Shown: positions 10,113 to 20,184, counted from the first letter of the stretch. The stretch is DNA of 64,000 nucleotides from Deltaproteobacteria bacterium (GCA_040218735.1 JAVJQW010000043.1:368780-432779), one strand, 5' to 3'. Notes: generated from the sequence alone by a model not told the origin. Numbers and translations: made by a program.

Positions 10113-11129
10113 GTGACGAACGCATACATCTCCGGCACCGGCTACTACTACCCACCGCGCGTGGTGACGAACCAAGACCTCGTCGACGACTACGGCATCG
10201 ACACCAGCGACGAGTGGATTCAGAAGCGCACGGGCATCCAGTCGCGTCACTTCGCCGACGAAGGTGTGGGCAGCGCGGAGCTCGGCGAGCACGCCGCGAA
10301 GATGGCGCTCGACAACGCGGGCATCACGGCGAGCGACCTCGACATGATCCTCTTCGCGACGCTGAGCCCCGACCACGTGTTCCCCGGCTCCGGCGTCTAC
10401 CTGCAGGCGCGCCTCGGCTGCGTCGGCGTGCCGGCGATGGACATCCGCAACCAGTGCTCCGGCTTCCTCTACGGGCTGCAGACCGCCTCGGCGCTCGTGA
10501 AGGCCGGCGCGGCGAAACACGTGCTGCTCGTCGGCGCCGAGACCCACTCGGCGGCGCTCGACCTCACGACGCGCGGGCGCGGCGTCTCGTCGCTCTTCGG
10601 TGACGCGGCCGGCGCGGTCGTCGTCTCCGCGACGGAAGAAGAGGGGCGCGGCATCCAGACCGTCGTCCTCGGCGCGGACGGCAACTACGCCGACGTCCTC
10701 TGCCAGAAGATCTGGGACATCTCGAAGCGCCCGTTCATGCCGCTCGACGAGAACGGCAACGGCATCGTCAGCCCCGAGATGATGTGGGCGCACATGGACG
10801 GCAAGCTCGTCTTCAAGAACGCCGTCGAGAAGATGATCACCTCGCTCGCCGCGGTGTGTTGGGACCACAAGGTCCAGGCCGACGAGCTCGACATGGTGCT
10901 CTTCCACCAGGCCAACCTCCGCATCAACCAGTTCGTGCTCCAGACGATGGGGCTCGATCCGGAGCGCGTCCCGAGCAACATCGAGCGCTGCGGCAACACC
11001 ACCGCCGCGACGATCCCCACGCTCCTCGCCGAGCAGGTCGAGCAGGGCAAGGTCGAGCCCGGGATGAAGATGGGCATGGCCGCGTTCGGGAGCGGCTTTA
11101 CCTGGGGCGCGGCTTACCTCGTCTGGTAG
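10113..11129 (+). CDS. fabH: 3-oxoacyl-ACP synthase III
   Basis: 'DTSDEWIQKRTGI', 'QCSGF', 'FGDAAGA', 'HQANLRI', 'GNT', 'FGSGFTWG'. Confidence 0.93.
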   Translation: MTNAYISGTGYYYPPRVVTNQDLVDDYGIDTSDEWIQKRTGIQSRHFADEGVGSAELGEHAAKMALDNAGITASDLDMILFATLSPDHVFPGSGVYLQARLGCVGVPAMDIRNQCSGFLYGLQTASALVKAGAAKHVLLVGAETHSAALDLTTRGRGVSSLFGDAAGAVVVSATEEEGRGIQTVVLGADGNYADVLCQKIWDISKRPFMPLDENGNGIVSPEMMWAHMDGKLVFKNAVEKMITSLAAVCWDHKVQADELDMVLFHQANLRINQFVLQTMGLDPERVPSNIERCGNTTAATIPTLLAEQVEQGKVEPGMKMGMAAFGSGFTWGAAYLVW

Positions 11130-11135
11130 CGCGCG

Positions 11136-12314
11136 CTACTCCCCGCATTCGGCGATCAACACGTCGCGGATCGCCTCCGCCCCCGCCTCCACGTTCATCA
11201 GCCCGTGTCGCGCCCCCGCGACGAAGCGCCACGTCGCGTCCGCGCCGTCGCTCGCGAGCCGATCCGCCCAGCGCGTGCCCTGCGGCACCACCCCGCCGCA
11301 GTCCCCTTCGCCGACCAACACCCGTACCGCGCACGTCGGCCGGCGACCGCGGTGCGGTGAGTCGGCTTCGAGGCGCGCGAGGTCGGCGGGGGAGGGCGGC
11401 CCCGTCGGTCCGCACGGCTCGCCGACGAAGGTCGCGTTGACGAGCGCTTCGGCGTTCACCTGGCAGGAGCGGCGGCCCGAGCAGATCGTCAGGCCGTCGT
11501 CGACGCGGTCGTCCCACTCGGCGTCGCACGACATGAAGTAGTCGGGCCGTTCGGTGTCGCCCCAGCAGGCGTCGCGGAGGTCGTCGATCGGGCCGCTGGT
11601 GGGGATTGCGACGTCGACCCAGCGATCGATCTGCCACGCGCCGAGCGCGTAACCGATCTCCGCGGCGCCCCCCGAGTTGCCGGTCACACACAGCGGGACG
11701 TCGGCGGCGCTTCGGTGGGTGGTGTGCACGTACTCGACGAGCGTCGCGTAGCGGGCGGAGCGCCCCGAGAGGCCCTGGTCGGTGTCGCCCGAGAACCAGC
11801 CGCCGCTCGGGCCGTCCCACTGGCGCTCGACGATGACGAAGCCGTCGGCGAGGAGCGCGTCCCGGAGGCGGTTGGTGCCGACGCTTCCGTCGAAGTAGGC
11901 GCCGCCGCCGCCGGTGCCGCTGCCGAAGATCACCACGCCGCGTTCGCGCCGCACGCTGCGCGCGATGTGGAGGCGGACGAAGATCGTCGGGTTGCCGTCC
12001 GTCTGGATCTGCACGACCTCGCAGGAGGCGCTCGGGAGGTTCGGGTTCGGGGTGCAGACGTCGACGGCGGTCGCCGTGCCGACCTCGGGCGCAGGGCCGG
12101 CGTCCCGGGCGCCCGCGTCGCGCGGACCGGCGTCGCGAGTACCTCCGTCGCGGGCGCCGCCGTCGCGAGCGTCGTGGGCTCCCGCGTCTTTTGGGCCGCC
12201 GTCGCGAGCTCCCGTGACGCCCACGTCCCGGGCTCCCGCGTCGCGCGGGTCTTCGCCGTCTTCGGCGCCTGCGCACGCCGCGAGCACGAGGCCGATCCAC
12301 ACCACCCGCTTCAC
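11136..12314 (-). CDS. alpha/beta-hydrolase-like lipoprotein with RDAG linker repeats
   Basis: Lipobox 'LAAC'; nucleophile elbow 'GNSGG'; 'VGEGD', 'GARHG'. Confidence 0.65.
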   Translation of the reverse strand: MKRVVWIGLVLAACAGAEDGEDPRDAGARDVGVTGARDGGPKDAGAHDARDGGARDGGTRDAGPRDAGARDAGPAPEVGTATAVDVCTPNPNLPSASCEVVQIQTDGNPTIFVRLHIARSVRRERGVVIFGSGTGGGGAYFDGSVGTNRLRDALLADGFVIVERQWDGPSGGWFSGDTDQGLSGRSARYATLVEYVHTTHRSAADVPLCVTGNSGGAAEIGYALGAWQIDRWVDVAIPTSGPIDDLRDACWGDTERPDYFMSCDAEWDDRVDDGLTICSGRRSCQVNAEALVNATFVGEPCGPTGPPSPADLARLEADSPHRGRRPTCAVRVLVGEGDCGGVVPQGTRWADRLASDGADATWRFVAGARHGLMNVEAGAEAIRDVLIAECGE

Positions 12315-12426
12315 GCCGCCCATCCTAGTCGGGGCGTCGCCGCCCTCGCACTTGCGCGGGCCCGCAAGCACCGCGGCCCCCGAATTTTTGGGCCGAAACG
12401 CCCCGTGCTAGGCTCCTGGCCGGGGC

Positions 12427-13623
12427 ATGGCGGCAAACGGGGGCAGCGGGTCGTTCGTCGACCTCCTCGACGACGACGTCGCCGACTACTCGCTCGCCGA
12501 CTGGCGCCGTCGAAACCTCGTCTTCTACGAGCGCATCGTCGATCGCGGCCTGTTCGAGCCGCGGATGGTGCCGTTCGAGGCCCACCGCTACCTGGTCGAC
12601 ACGCTGATCCGCGTCCGCGTGGGGGCCGCGACGGACCCTCAGAACGCCGGCCACGTACGCGCCCAGAACGAAAACGTCGTGCACTACGCGATCGCCGCCG
12701 ACGTCGACGCCGAGACGCTCGCGGTCAGCCTCTCCGCCGGGTTCATCCACGACCTCAACAAGGCCCTCGGCGAGCCGCTCCGCTCCGACGAGTTCGCGGT
12801 GCGCGACGGGGCCGGGCGCATCGTCACGTCGATGACGACGATGGCGCAGATCGTCGGCCTCAACCACCTCGGCGAGCGCACGCGCCGCGCGCTCAACGCG
12901 GCGACGCGCTTGCGCGACGGTCCGATCGCCCCCGAGGTCGCCGACCGCATCGACCGTTGCATCATCCACCACGGCCTCGGCTCGAGCCGCTTCATCCAGG
13001 AGCTCATCGACGGGAAGAACGAGTGGTGGGGCGACGAGTTCGTCGACGCCGAGACCGGCAAACGCAAGCTCGTCCACCCCGAGCAACCGCCGCTGACGTT
13101 GGAGTCCGTGATCCACGACCTCGCCGATTCCACTCAACAGATGCAGGGCGGCGCCGCGTGGTTGATGAAGTACCCCGCCGGTTTCTGGCGCGCGTCGCAG
13201 CGTTCGTACTTCGACATGCTCACCGACACCACGGTGCCCGACGAAGGCGGCATCGCGATGAGCCTCGCCGGACAGATCGAAGTCGAGACGCAGACCTGCC
13301 ATGCGATCGTCGACCGCGCGCTCGCCGAAGGCGTCGTCGACGAAGCGCTCGCCGCGCGCCTGCGCGGAGCGGTCGGCACCGCGATCGAGTCATCCGTCCG
13401 TTGGCACGGATGCGCCGACCTCGCGAGTGACGAAGGCGAGAGCGTCTATCACGACGTCGCCGCCGTGCTCGGCATCACCCGCGAAGAAGCGCTCGAACGC
13501 TTGCGCGCCGCGACGCCCGGCACGCCAGAGGGTGACGCGATCGAAGATGTGATCTGGGACTCGGGCCGAAAGCTCGATCGCCAACGCGCGCGTGATCTCG
13601 CGCACCGCATCGACGCGTCGTAG
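12427..13623 (+). CDS. HD-domain-like protein
   Basis: 'GH..', 'GFIHDLNK', 'NH', 'IIHHG', 'HDLAD' in the order of HD-superfamily metal ligands. Confidence 0.6.
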   Translation: MAANGGSGSFVDLLDDDVADYSLADWRRRNLVFYERIVDRGLFEPRMVPFEAHRYLVDTLIRVRVGAATDPQNAGHVRAQNENVVHYAIAADVDAETLAVSLSAGFIHDLNKALGEPLRSDEFAVRDGAGRIVTSMTTMAQIVGLNHLGERTRRALNAATRLRDGPIAPEVADRIDRCIIHHGLGSSRFIQELIDGKNEWWGDEFVDAETGKRKLVHPEQPPLTLESVIHDLADSTQQMQGGAAWLMKYPAGFWRASQRSYFDMLTDTTVPDEGGIAMSLAGQIEVETQTCHAIVDRALAEGVVDEALAARLRGAVGTAIESSVRWHGCADLASDEGESVYHDVAAVLGITREEALERLRAATPGTPEGDAIEDVIWDSGRKLDRQRARDLAHRIDAS

Positions 13624-13652
13624 AACCTTCCTGAATTTTCTTCGTCTCCCAT

Positions 13653-13679
13653 TGATCCACCCGCTGCGTTCGACACGTA
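13653..13679 (+). promoter_or_regulatory. putative ECF sigma promoter TGATCC-N17-CGTA
   Basis: tgatcc at 13653-13658 and cgta at 13676-13679, upstream of a GGAGGA SD. Confidence 0.5.
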
Positions 13680-13726
13680 CACGGGGCAGTTCACTCGCCG
13701 CCCCCGCTACGGAGGAATCGATTCGC

Positions 13727-14758
13727 ATGAAACGAACATGGACCACTCAGGTGCAGCGCATCGTCGGCACCGCCGGTCTGTCGCTGATGCTCGGCGTCGG
13801 CGCAGTCGCCTGCAAGGGCGAGAGCACGACCGAGCAACCGCCGCCGGACGAGAACCAAAACAGTGCGCCGCTCACGTCGGTGGAGCCCGTCGCCGAGAAC
13901 AGTGACTTCTGGTCGCCGCTCGACGCCGCGCCCTCGCCGGACGGCAAGATCATCTACTTCACCGCCATGAACGAAGACGGCCCCGCCGTCATGTCCGTGG
14001 AGCCCGGGAGCCAGCCGACGGTGCTCGCCACCGGTGGCCTCCTCGTGTCGCCGTTCTCGATCATCCCGAGCCTCGACGGGAGTCGTTTGTTCGTCGTCGA
14101 CAGCGGCGCCGAAGGCGACACCGAGGTCACGGGTCGTGTCTTCTCGATGTCGTCGTCGGGCGGCGAGCCGAGCGCGCTCTCCGCGGCCGACGGGACGATG
14201 CCGAAGAGCCTCACCGTCGCCGAGGTCGATGGCGAGGAGCGCATCTACTTCACCGGGGTGATGGCGGACGACGAGACGACGCCGGCCATCTTCTCGATGT
14301 TGGCGGACGGCACCGACTTCAACGTCGAGCTGTCCGGCGAACCGCTCGTCGACCCGAGCGGCATCGCGGTCACCGGCAACGGCACGATCTACGTCGCGGA
14401 CTCCAACGCGGACGAGCTCGGCAACGCGGCCATCGTGAAGGTCGAAAACGGCGCGGCTTCGCTGCTCGCGTCGGACCTGCGCGTCGGCTTCCCCGCGGGC
14501 ATCGCGCTCGACTTCGAGGAGCGCGCGCTCTTCGTGTCGGGGCTGGCCAAGGAGGACTCGAGCTCGCTCGTCTATCACATCGTGCTCGACTCCAAGGAGA
14601 TCACGCGCATCAGCGACGGCATCTCGCACAACTCGGAGTCCGCCGGGGTCCACCGGGCGCACGCCGCTGACGTCTACGCTTGGGCGAACGCCGACGGGGA
14701 TCCGTCCGAGCCCAGCGGCGGCACGGTGTACCTGCTCAAGGGCCCGCAGGCCCCGTGA
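13727..14758 (+). CDS. beta-propeller (NHL/SMP-30-like) lipoprotein
   Basis: SD GGAGGA; lipobox 'AVAC'; repeated 'PSGIAV..IYVAD'-type blades. Confidence 0.75.
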   Translation: MKRTWTTQVQRIVGTAGLSLMLGVGAVACKGESTTEQPPPDENQNSAPLTSVEPVAENSDFWSPLDAAPSPDGKIIYFTAMNEDGPAVMSVEPGSQPTVLATGGLLVSPFSIIPSLDGSRLFVVDSGAEGDTEVTGRVFSMSSSGGEPSALSAADGTMPKSLTVAEVDGEERIYFTGVMADDETTPAIFSMLADGTDFNVELSGEPLVDPSGIAVTGNGTIYVADSNADELGNAAIVKVENGAASLLASDLRVGFPAGIALDFEERALFVSGLAKEDSSSLVYHIVLDSKEITRISDGISHNSESAGVHRAHAADVYAWANADGDPSEPSGGTVYLLKGPQAP

Positions 14759-14838
14759 CCGACAAGCACCGCAACACGAACCCGACAACCTGGACACACC
14801 GAGCGCCTGAAGAAGGCGTCGGGAGGAGTACGCTCGAA

Positions 14839-16251
14839 ATGAAATTCGCCAAGTTCAACGCCGGCCTCGCCATCGTCGCTGCCGCCGGTCTCGTCAGCAC
14901 CACGCAGGACGCCCAGGCCTCCAGTCACCGCGAAGCACCGATGATCGCGGAGGACCCCGCAGCCGACAACACGGACGTCTACGCGTGGATGTCGCCCAGC
15001 CGCGACAAGCTCTACATCGTCGCCAACTACATCCCGCTGGAGGAGCCGGCGGGCGGCCCGAACTTCCACAAGTTCTCGGACGACGTTCGCTACGAAATCC
15101 ACGTCACCCGCGGGGCGAACAGCCTCGAGGACTACGCGACCTACTTCATCGACTTCAACACGTCGGCGATTCAGCGCGTGGACCCCGCGGACCTCAACGC
15201 ACCGCTCGGCGGCGGCAAGGAGTTCTTCTCGCAGCTGTCCGGCCAGACGCAGACCTACCGCGTGATCAAGCGCGGCGGGAACGGCCGCGCCAACGTCATC
15301 GGTCGCGACTTCCCGGTCGCGCCGACCAACATCGGCCCGCGTACGTTCGCGGTGATTCGCTCCGGCGAGACGACGAGCCCCGAGTACGACGACGCGTACG
15401 CGGCGCAGTTCATCAACACGCTCGACTTCGGCGAAGGCCGCATCTGGGCCGGCCCGCGTGACGACGGTTTCTACGTCGACCTCGGCGGCGTCTTCGACCT
15501 CGCGAACCTCCGCCCCGCCGGCGTCGCGCAGGACGGTGTGTCCGGCTACAACGTGCACTCGATCGCGATGGAGATCGACGTCGACGAGTTCAACGGCGGC
15601 CCCGTCGCGGCGGGCCCCTCGAACGAGAACACGCTCGGCATCTGGGCGGCCGCCAGCCGTCGCAAGATCTCGATTCGTCGCAACCGTCGCGGCAAGACCG
15701 TCAACTTCGGACCGTGGGTGCGCGTCTCCCGCCTCGCCATCCCGCTCGTGAACGAGGCGCTCATCGGCCTGCAGGACAAGGACAAGTACAACCGCACGCA
15801 CCCGCGTCGCGACGTGCAGAACTTCGGTGCGTACTTCCTGAACCCGGTCGTGGTGCGTGACGCCGAGGCCGTGGGCATCTACGCCGCGCTCGGCGTGGAC
15901 CCGACGCCCTTCAAGTCGAACCGCACGGACATCATCGACATCATCAACCTGACCAACATCCCGTCCCCGAACGCGCACAGCATCCCGCTCGAGAAGACCG
16001 GCGACGTGCTCCGCCTCGACATGGGCGTGGAGTCCGGCTTCCCGAACGGGCGCCCGATCCCGGGCGGCGCGTTCCCCGACCAGGAGCAGGCCGACGTCAC
16101 GGACGTCCTCCTCTCGGTCATCCTCGCGGGCGGTCAGCTGCCGATCAGCGATGGCGTCGACTACAACGACAAGGAGTTCCTCGCGGACTTCCCGTTCCTC
16201 CCGCTGCCGCACCGCGGCTTCGACGAGGGTCACGGCATCCCCACTCCTTAG
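14839..16251 (+). CDS. DUF4331 family secreted protein
   Basis: SD GGAGGA; signature 'ASSHREAP..DPAADNTDVYA', 'GPRDDGFYVDL', 'GFPNGR', 'FPFL'. Confidence 0.88.
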   Translation: MKFAKFNAGLAIVAAAGLVSTTQDAQASSHREAPMIAEDPAADNTDVYAWMSPSRDKLYIVANYIPLEEPAGGPNFHKFSDDVRYEIHVTRGANSLEDYATYFIDFNTSAIQRVDPADLNAPLGGGKEFFSQLSGQTQTYRVIKRGGNGRANVIGRDFPVAPTNIGPRTFAVIRSGETTSPEYDDAYAAQFINTLDFGEGRIWAGPRDDGFYVDLGGVFDLANLRPAGVAQDGVSGYNVHSIAMEIDVDEFNGGPVAAGPSNENTLGIWAAASRRKISIRRNRRGKTVNFGPWVRVSRLAIPLVNEALIGLQDKDKYNRTHPRRDVQNFGAYFLNPVVVRDAEAVGIYAALGVDPTPFKSNRTDIIDIINLTNIPSPNAHSIPLEKTGDVLRLDMGVESGFPNGRPIPGGAFPDQEQADVTDVLLSVILAGGQLPISDGVDYNDKEFLADFPFLPLPHRGFDEGHGIPTP

Positions 16252-16271
16252 GCATTAGCTCCTTCGAGTCC

Positions 16272-16338
16272 GCGGGGGCGCGGCTCGAATCATCGGTGCG
16301 GGGGCGCCCGGTGGTTCGAGTCCGCGCCCCCGCTTTTT
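16272..16338 (+). terminator. long GC hairpin plus U-tract (intrinsic terminator)
   Basis: gcgggggcgcgg...ccgcgcccccgc followed by ttttt. Confidence 0.75.
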
Positions 16339-16495
16339 GCGTTGTGCCCCAACGCACGCCAAATCGGCTTCGAAAAGCGGGTTTCGAGACGATCTAGCCG
16401 AGCCCGCCGTACGTACTCTCATCGTGAAGCGCGCGGCTTGGTCATCACTGCGGGGGCGCTTGGTGGCCAAGCCGTGTTCTTCGCCTCGACACTCC

Positions 16496-17821
16496 ATGAA
16501 GACATCCATGAAACGCATCGTTTACGTCCTGCCCTTCGCGTTGCTCGTCGCCTGTGACGACGCGCCCGAGACGACGAAGGTCCTCACCGTCGAAGAGAAG
16601 AACGCGCCGAAGACCCAGACGGGGCCGTCGGGGCTGCAGCGCCTGGCGCTCGAAGACCCGGGCGGGGCGACGGCGATCGACGAACAGATCCGACGCCTGC
16701 AGGGCGTCGCGCAGCGGCACGAGCAAAAGCTCGATCCCTGGATCCTCCTCGGCCGCTCCTGGATTCAGAAGGCCCGGCAGCAGAGCGACCCGGGGTACTA
16801 CAAGAACGCAAACGCGTGCGCCGACATCGGCTTCGACATCCTCCCCGACAACGCCCTGTCGCGGAACCTGCGCGGCCTCGTGTTGATGAACGACCACCGC
16901 TTCGCCGACGCGAAGGCGTTGATGGAAGACGTGCTCGCCGACGACCCGGACGACTTCATGGCGCTCGGTACGCTCAGCGACGCGCTCCTCGAGCTCGGCG
17001 ACGTCCAGGGCGCGACGAAACACGCGCAGCGCATGCTCGACCTCAAGCCCAGCCTCCCTTCGTACACCCGCGCCGCGTACCTTCGCTGGCTCACCGGCGA
17101 CGCGAAGGGCGCGACGCTAATCCTGAAGAAGGCGATCATGGCGGGCGGCACCGCGCGCGACAAAGAAGCCTTCGCGTGGGTCATCGTCGAGGCGGCGAAG
17201 ATCTTCTGGCATCAGGGGGACCACGAGGGCGCCGAGGCCGGCTTCGACCGCGCGCTGCAGGCGTTTCCGGAGTACCCGCCCGCGCTGGTGTGGAAGGCGC
17301 GCGTCGCCTTGGCGCGCGGTGAGCCGAACCGGGCGCTCGACCTGGCCGAAAGATCGTATCGCGGCGCCGCGCTCGCCGAGACGGCGTGGGTGTGGGTCGA
17401 CGCGGCGCGCACCGCCGGCGACGCCGCCAAGGTCAAGGAGGCCGAGGCGAAGCTCGAGAAGCTCGGCGAGCACGGTGAGGCGCGGGTCCTCGCCGCGTAC
17501 CTCGCGACCGAGAACAAGGATGCGAAGCGCGCCGTGGCCCTCGCCGAGCGCGAGCTGAAGGGGCGCTCCGATCTCTACTCCCACGACGCCCACGCGTGGG
17601 CGCTCTACCGGGCGGGGCGCTTCGAGGAAGCGCTCGCGGCGGCGAAACGGGCGAATGCGCACGGCACACCCGACGCGTCGCTCCGTTACCACCTCGGTGC
17701 GATCCAGATCGCCAGCGGCGCCGTGGCCGAGGGCCGCGAGAACGTCTCCGCGGCGCTCGCCCTCAACCCGCGGTTTCACCCGACTGCCGCCGCCGAAGCG
17801 CGCAACCTCCTCGCCGACTGA
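16496..17821 (+). CDS. TPR-repeat lipoprotein (DUF4331-associated type)
   Basis: Lipobox 'LVAC'; TPR helices; 'DAHAWALYRAG..LRYHLG..ALALNPRF'; start 16496 or 16508. Confidence 0.8.
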   Translation: MKTSMKRIVYVLPFALLVACDDAPETTKVLTVEEKNAPKTQTGPSGLQRLALEDPGGATAIDEQIRRLQGVAQRHEQKLDPWILLGRSWIQKARQQSDPGYYKNANACADIGFDILPDNALSRNLRGLVLMNDHRFADAKALMEDVLADDPDDFMALGTLSDALLELGDVQGATKHAQRMLDLKPSLPSYTRAAYLRWLTGDAKGATLILKKAIMAGGTARDKEAFAWVIVEAAKIFWHQGDHEGAEAGFDRALQAFPEYPPALVWKARVALARGEPNRALDLAERSYRGAALAETAWVWVDAARTAGDAAKVKEAEAKLEKLGEHGEARVLAAYLATENKDAKRAVALAERELKGRSDLYSHDAHAWALYRAGRFEEALAAAKRANAHGTPDASLRYHLGAIQIASGAVAEGRENVSAALALNPRFHPTAAAEARNLLAD

Positions 17822-17872
17822 CCGCGCCGGGCTATCCATCCGCTCGAAATCCGGAGACAATCTCGCCGCCCG

Positions 17873-19774
17873 GTGAGCCTCTCGGTCCGCATGATGCTCG
17901 CGTTCTCGGTGCTGGTCGTCGTCACGGCCATCGCCTCCGCGAGCGCGATCTTCTTCGAGCTCGACGCGCAGCTCGTCGCCAGCAAGGAGCTCCAGCTCTC
18001 GAGCGAGACCAGCGTCCGCGCGGTGCGCTTCAAGGACGCCATGGACGAGCTCGTTCGCGACGTCCGGCTCCTCGCGGGGACGCCGCCCATCCAGGGCGTC
18101 GTCCGCACCGTGGCCGCGGGCGGCATCGATCCGGCGGACGGTTCGACCGACGAGCAGTGGAAGCTGCGCCTCGCCACGATCTTCCGGCAGCTCCTACGCA
18201 GCAAGCCGAACTACTTGCAGGCGCGCTACATCGGCGTCGCCGACGGCGGGCGCGAGATGGTGCGCGTGGAGCGGGCCGTCGGGAGCGCGAAGATCGCCGC
18301 GGTCTGGGGGGATGCGCTTCAGCAGAAGGGCGATGCGTCCTACTTCCAGGCCACGATCGCGCGCGAGCCTGACGGGCTCTACGTCTCCCCGATCGATCTC
18401 AACCGCGAGCACGGCGAGATCCAGGTCCCGCACACCCCGGTCGTGCGTGCGAGTGTCCCCGTCTTCGACGCGGCCGGCGCGCCGTTCGGGATCGTGATCG
18501 TGAACTTCGCCATCGGGCCCACGCTCGACGCGTTGACCGAGAGCACGAATCCCGATGACCGCCTCTTCGTCACGAACGGAGCGGGCGCCTACCTCGCGCA
18601 CCCCGATCCGCAGCGGGAGTTCGAGTTCGAGGTGGGGAAGTCGGCTTCGGCCGCCGCCGACTTCCCGATCCTCCGGCGCGTGCTCGAAGGCGGCGAGAAC
18701 GTCGTCGTGGAAGTGCGTGAGGACGACGTCGTGGCCGTGCGACGCGTCCGGTACGGCCCCGCCGGGAGCCAACACACCTTCGCCATCATCGCGGAGACCA
18801 GCCTGTCGGAGGCCACGGCCGTATCGCGCGCGGTCCTCAACCGCACGCTCTTGGTGATGGCGGTGTTCGTCGTGCTCGCGCTCGTCGCCGGCCTCGCCCT
18901 GGCGCGGAGTGTCGCGCGTCCGATCACGTCGCTCGCGTCCGCCGTGCGCAGCATCGAGGACGACGCGCGCCGCTTCGATCCGCCGCCCGGCCTCTCCGCG
19001 GAGGCGTCCGAGCTCGCGGACGCGCTGTCGTCGTCGTTCGCGAAGATCGATCGGCACACCTCCGAGCTCGAGGAGAAGAACAAGGAGCTCGCGCAGTTCG
19101 CGTACATCGCTTCGCACGATCTCCAGGAACCGGTTCGGACGATCTCCAGCCTGGTGTCGCTCCTCGTCGAGCACCACCACGAGCAGTTCGACGGTGACGC
19201 CAAGACGTCGCTCGAGTTCCTCCGGGAGTCGACGGACCGAATGCAGGCGCTGATTCACGGCCTGCTCGAGTACAGTCGCCTGGGTTATGGCGCCCAGGCG
19301 AAGCCCACGGATCTGAGCGTCCTTCTGCAAGAGGTGCAGCAGGACCTCGACGCGCAGATCAAGGCCAGTGAAGCGACGATCGACGTCGCTCCGCTACCGA
19401 CGCTGCGCGTTCTGCCGGTCGAAGTCCGGCTGCTGTTTCAGAACCTCCTGTCCAATGCCCTCAAGTTCAGGCGCACGGATGTGCCACTTCGGGTCTCCGT
19501 AAACGCAGAGAATGCGGGGCGGGATTGGAAGTTCTGCGTGGAGGACAACGGTATCGGGATCGACCACGCCCACCGCGACAGGGTGTTCCTCATCTTCCAA
19601 CGGCTCCATAATCGCGGCGTGTACGAAGGTACCGGCATTGGCCTCGCGCATTGCAGCAAGATCGTCTCGATGCACTACGGACGGATCTGGGTCGAGGACG
19701 CGACGTCCGGGGACGGCGTGCGGTTCTGCTTCACGCTTCGCGAGCTTCGCGAGCAGGAGGCGCACCGTTCATGA
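17873..19774 (+). CDS. membrane sensor histidine kinase (dCache-HAMP-HisKA-HATPase)
   Basis: Two TM helices; Cache motif 'YFQ..LYVSPIDLNREHG'; 'FAYIASHDLQEP'; 'DNGIGI', 'GTGIGLA'. Confidence 0.93.
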   Translation: MSLSVRMMLAFSVLVVVTAIASASAIFFELDAQLVASKELQLSSETSVRAVRFKDAMDELVRDVRLLAGTPPIQGVVRTVAAGGIDPADGSTDEQWKLRLATIFRQLLRSKPNYLQARYIGVADGGREMVRVERAVGSAKIAAVWGDALQQKGDASYFQATIAREPDGLYVSPIDLNREHGEIQVPHTPVVRASVPVFDAAGAPFGIVIVNFAIGPTLDALTESTNPDDRLFVTNGAGAYLAHPDPQREFEFEVGKSASAAADFPILRRVLEGGENVVVEVREDDVVAVRRVRYGPAGSQHTFAIIAETSLSEATAVSRAVLNRTLLVMAVFVVLALVAGLALARSVARPITSLASAVRSIEDDARRFDPPPGLSAEASELADALSSSFAKIDRHTSELEEKNKELAQFAYIASHDLQEPVRTISSLVSLLVEHHHEQFDGDAKTSLEFLRESTDRMQALIHGLLEYSRLGYGAQAKPTDLSVLLQEVQQDLDAQIKASEATIDVAPLPTLRVLPVEVRLLFQNLLSNALKFRRTDVPLRVSVNAENAGRDWKFCVEDNGIGIDHAHRDRVFLIFQRLHNRGVYEGTGIGLAHCSKIVSMHYGRIWVEDATSGDGVRFCFTLRELREQEAHRS

Positions 19775-20184
19775 CCAAGCTCCGTGAAGTCCTGCTCGTC
19801 GACGACCTCCCCGCAGACAACTTCCTCAACAAGTTGCTGCTGCAGCGCCTCGACTGCGCCGAGAAGATCTCGATGGCGTTGAACGGGCGTGAGGCGCTCG
19901 ACTACCTCACGACGCCCGTGGACGGAGCTCGCCCGGACGTGGAGCTGATCATCCTCGACATCAACATGCCCATCATGGACGGCTGGGAGTTCCTCGAAGC
20001 GTACGAAAAGCTCCCGCCCGAGCAGCGCGCCGCCGCCGTGCTCATGATGTTGACGACGTCGATGAACCCCGACGACGAAGCGCGGGCCCGGAGCAAAGAA
20101 TCCATCGATCGTTTTGCGGTGAAGCCGCTGACCGAGGAGACCTTCCGCCGTCTCCTCGAAGAACAGTTCCCCGGTAGGTTCTAG
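19771..20184 (+). CDS. single-domain response regulator
   Basis: 'LLVDD', 'LDINMPIMDG', 'LTTS', 'KPL'; ATGA overlap with the kinase. Confidence 0.93.
   Translation: MTKLREVLLVDDLPADNFLNKLLLQRLDCAEKISMALNGREALDYLTTPVDGARPDVELIILDINMPIMDGWEFLEAYEKLPPEQRAAAVLMMLTTSMNPDDEARARSKESIDRFAVKPLTEETFRRLLEEQFPGRF

Noticed and set aside
12095-12250. RDAG/RDGG peptide repeats
   Set aside because: Common low-complexity linker in myxobacterial lipoproteins
16272-16338. tRNA-like GGTTCGAGTCC T-loop within a GC stem
   Set aside because: Only ~62 nt with no D or anticodon arms and no CCA; it folds as one long hairpin plus U-tract, i.e. a terminator
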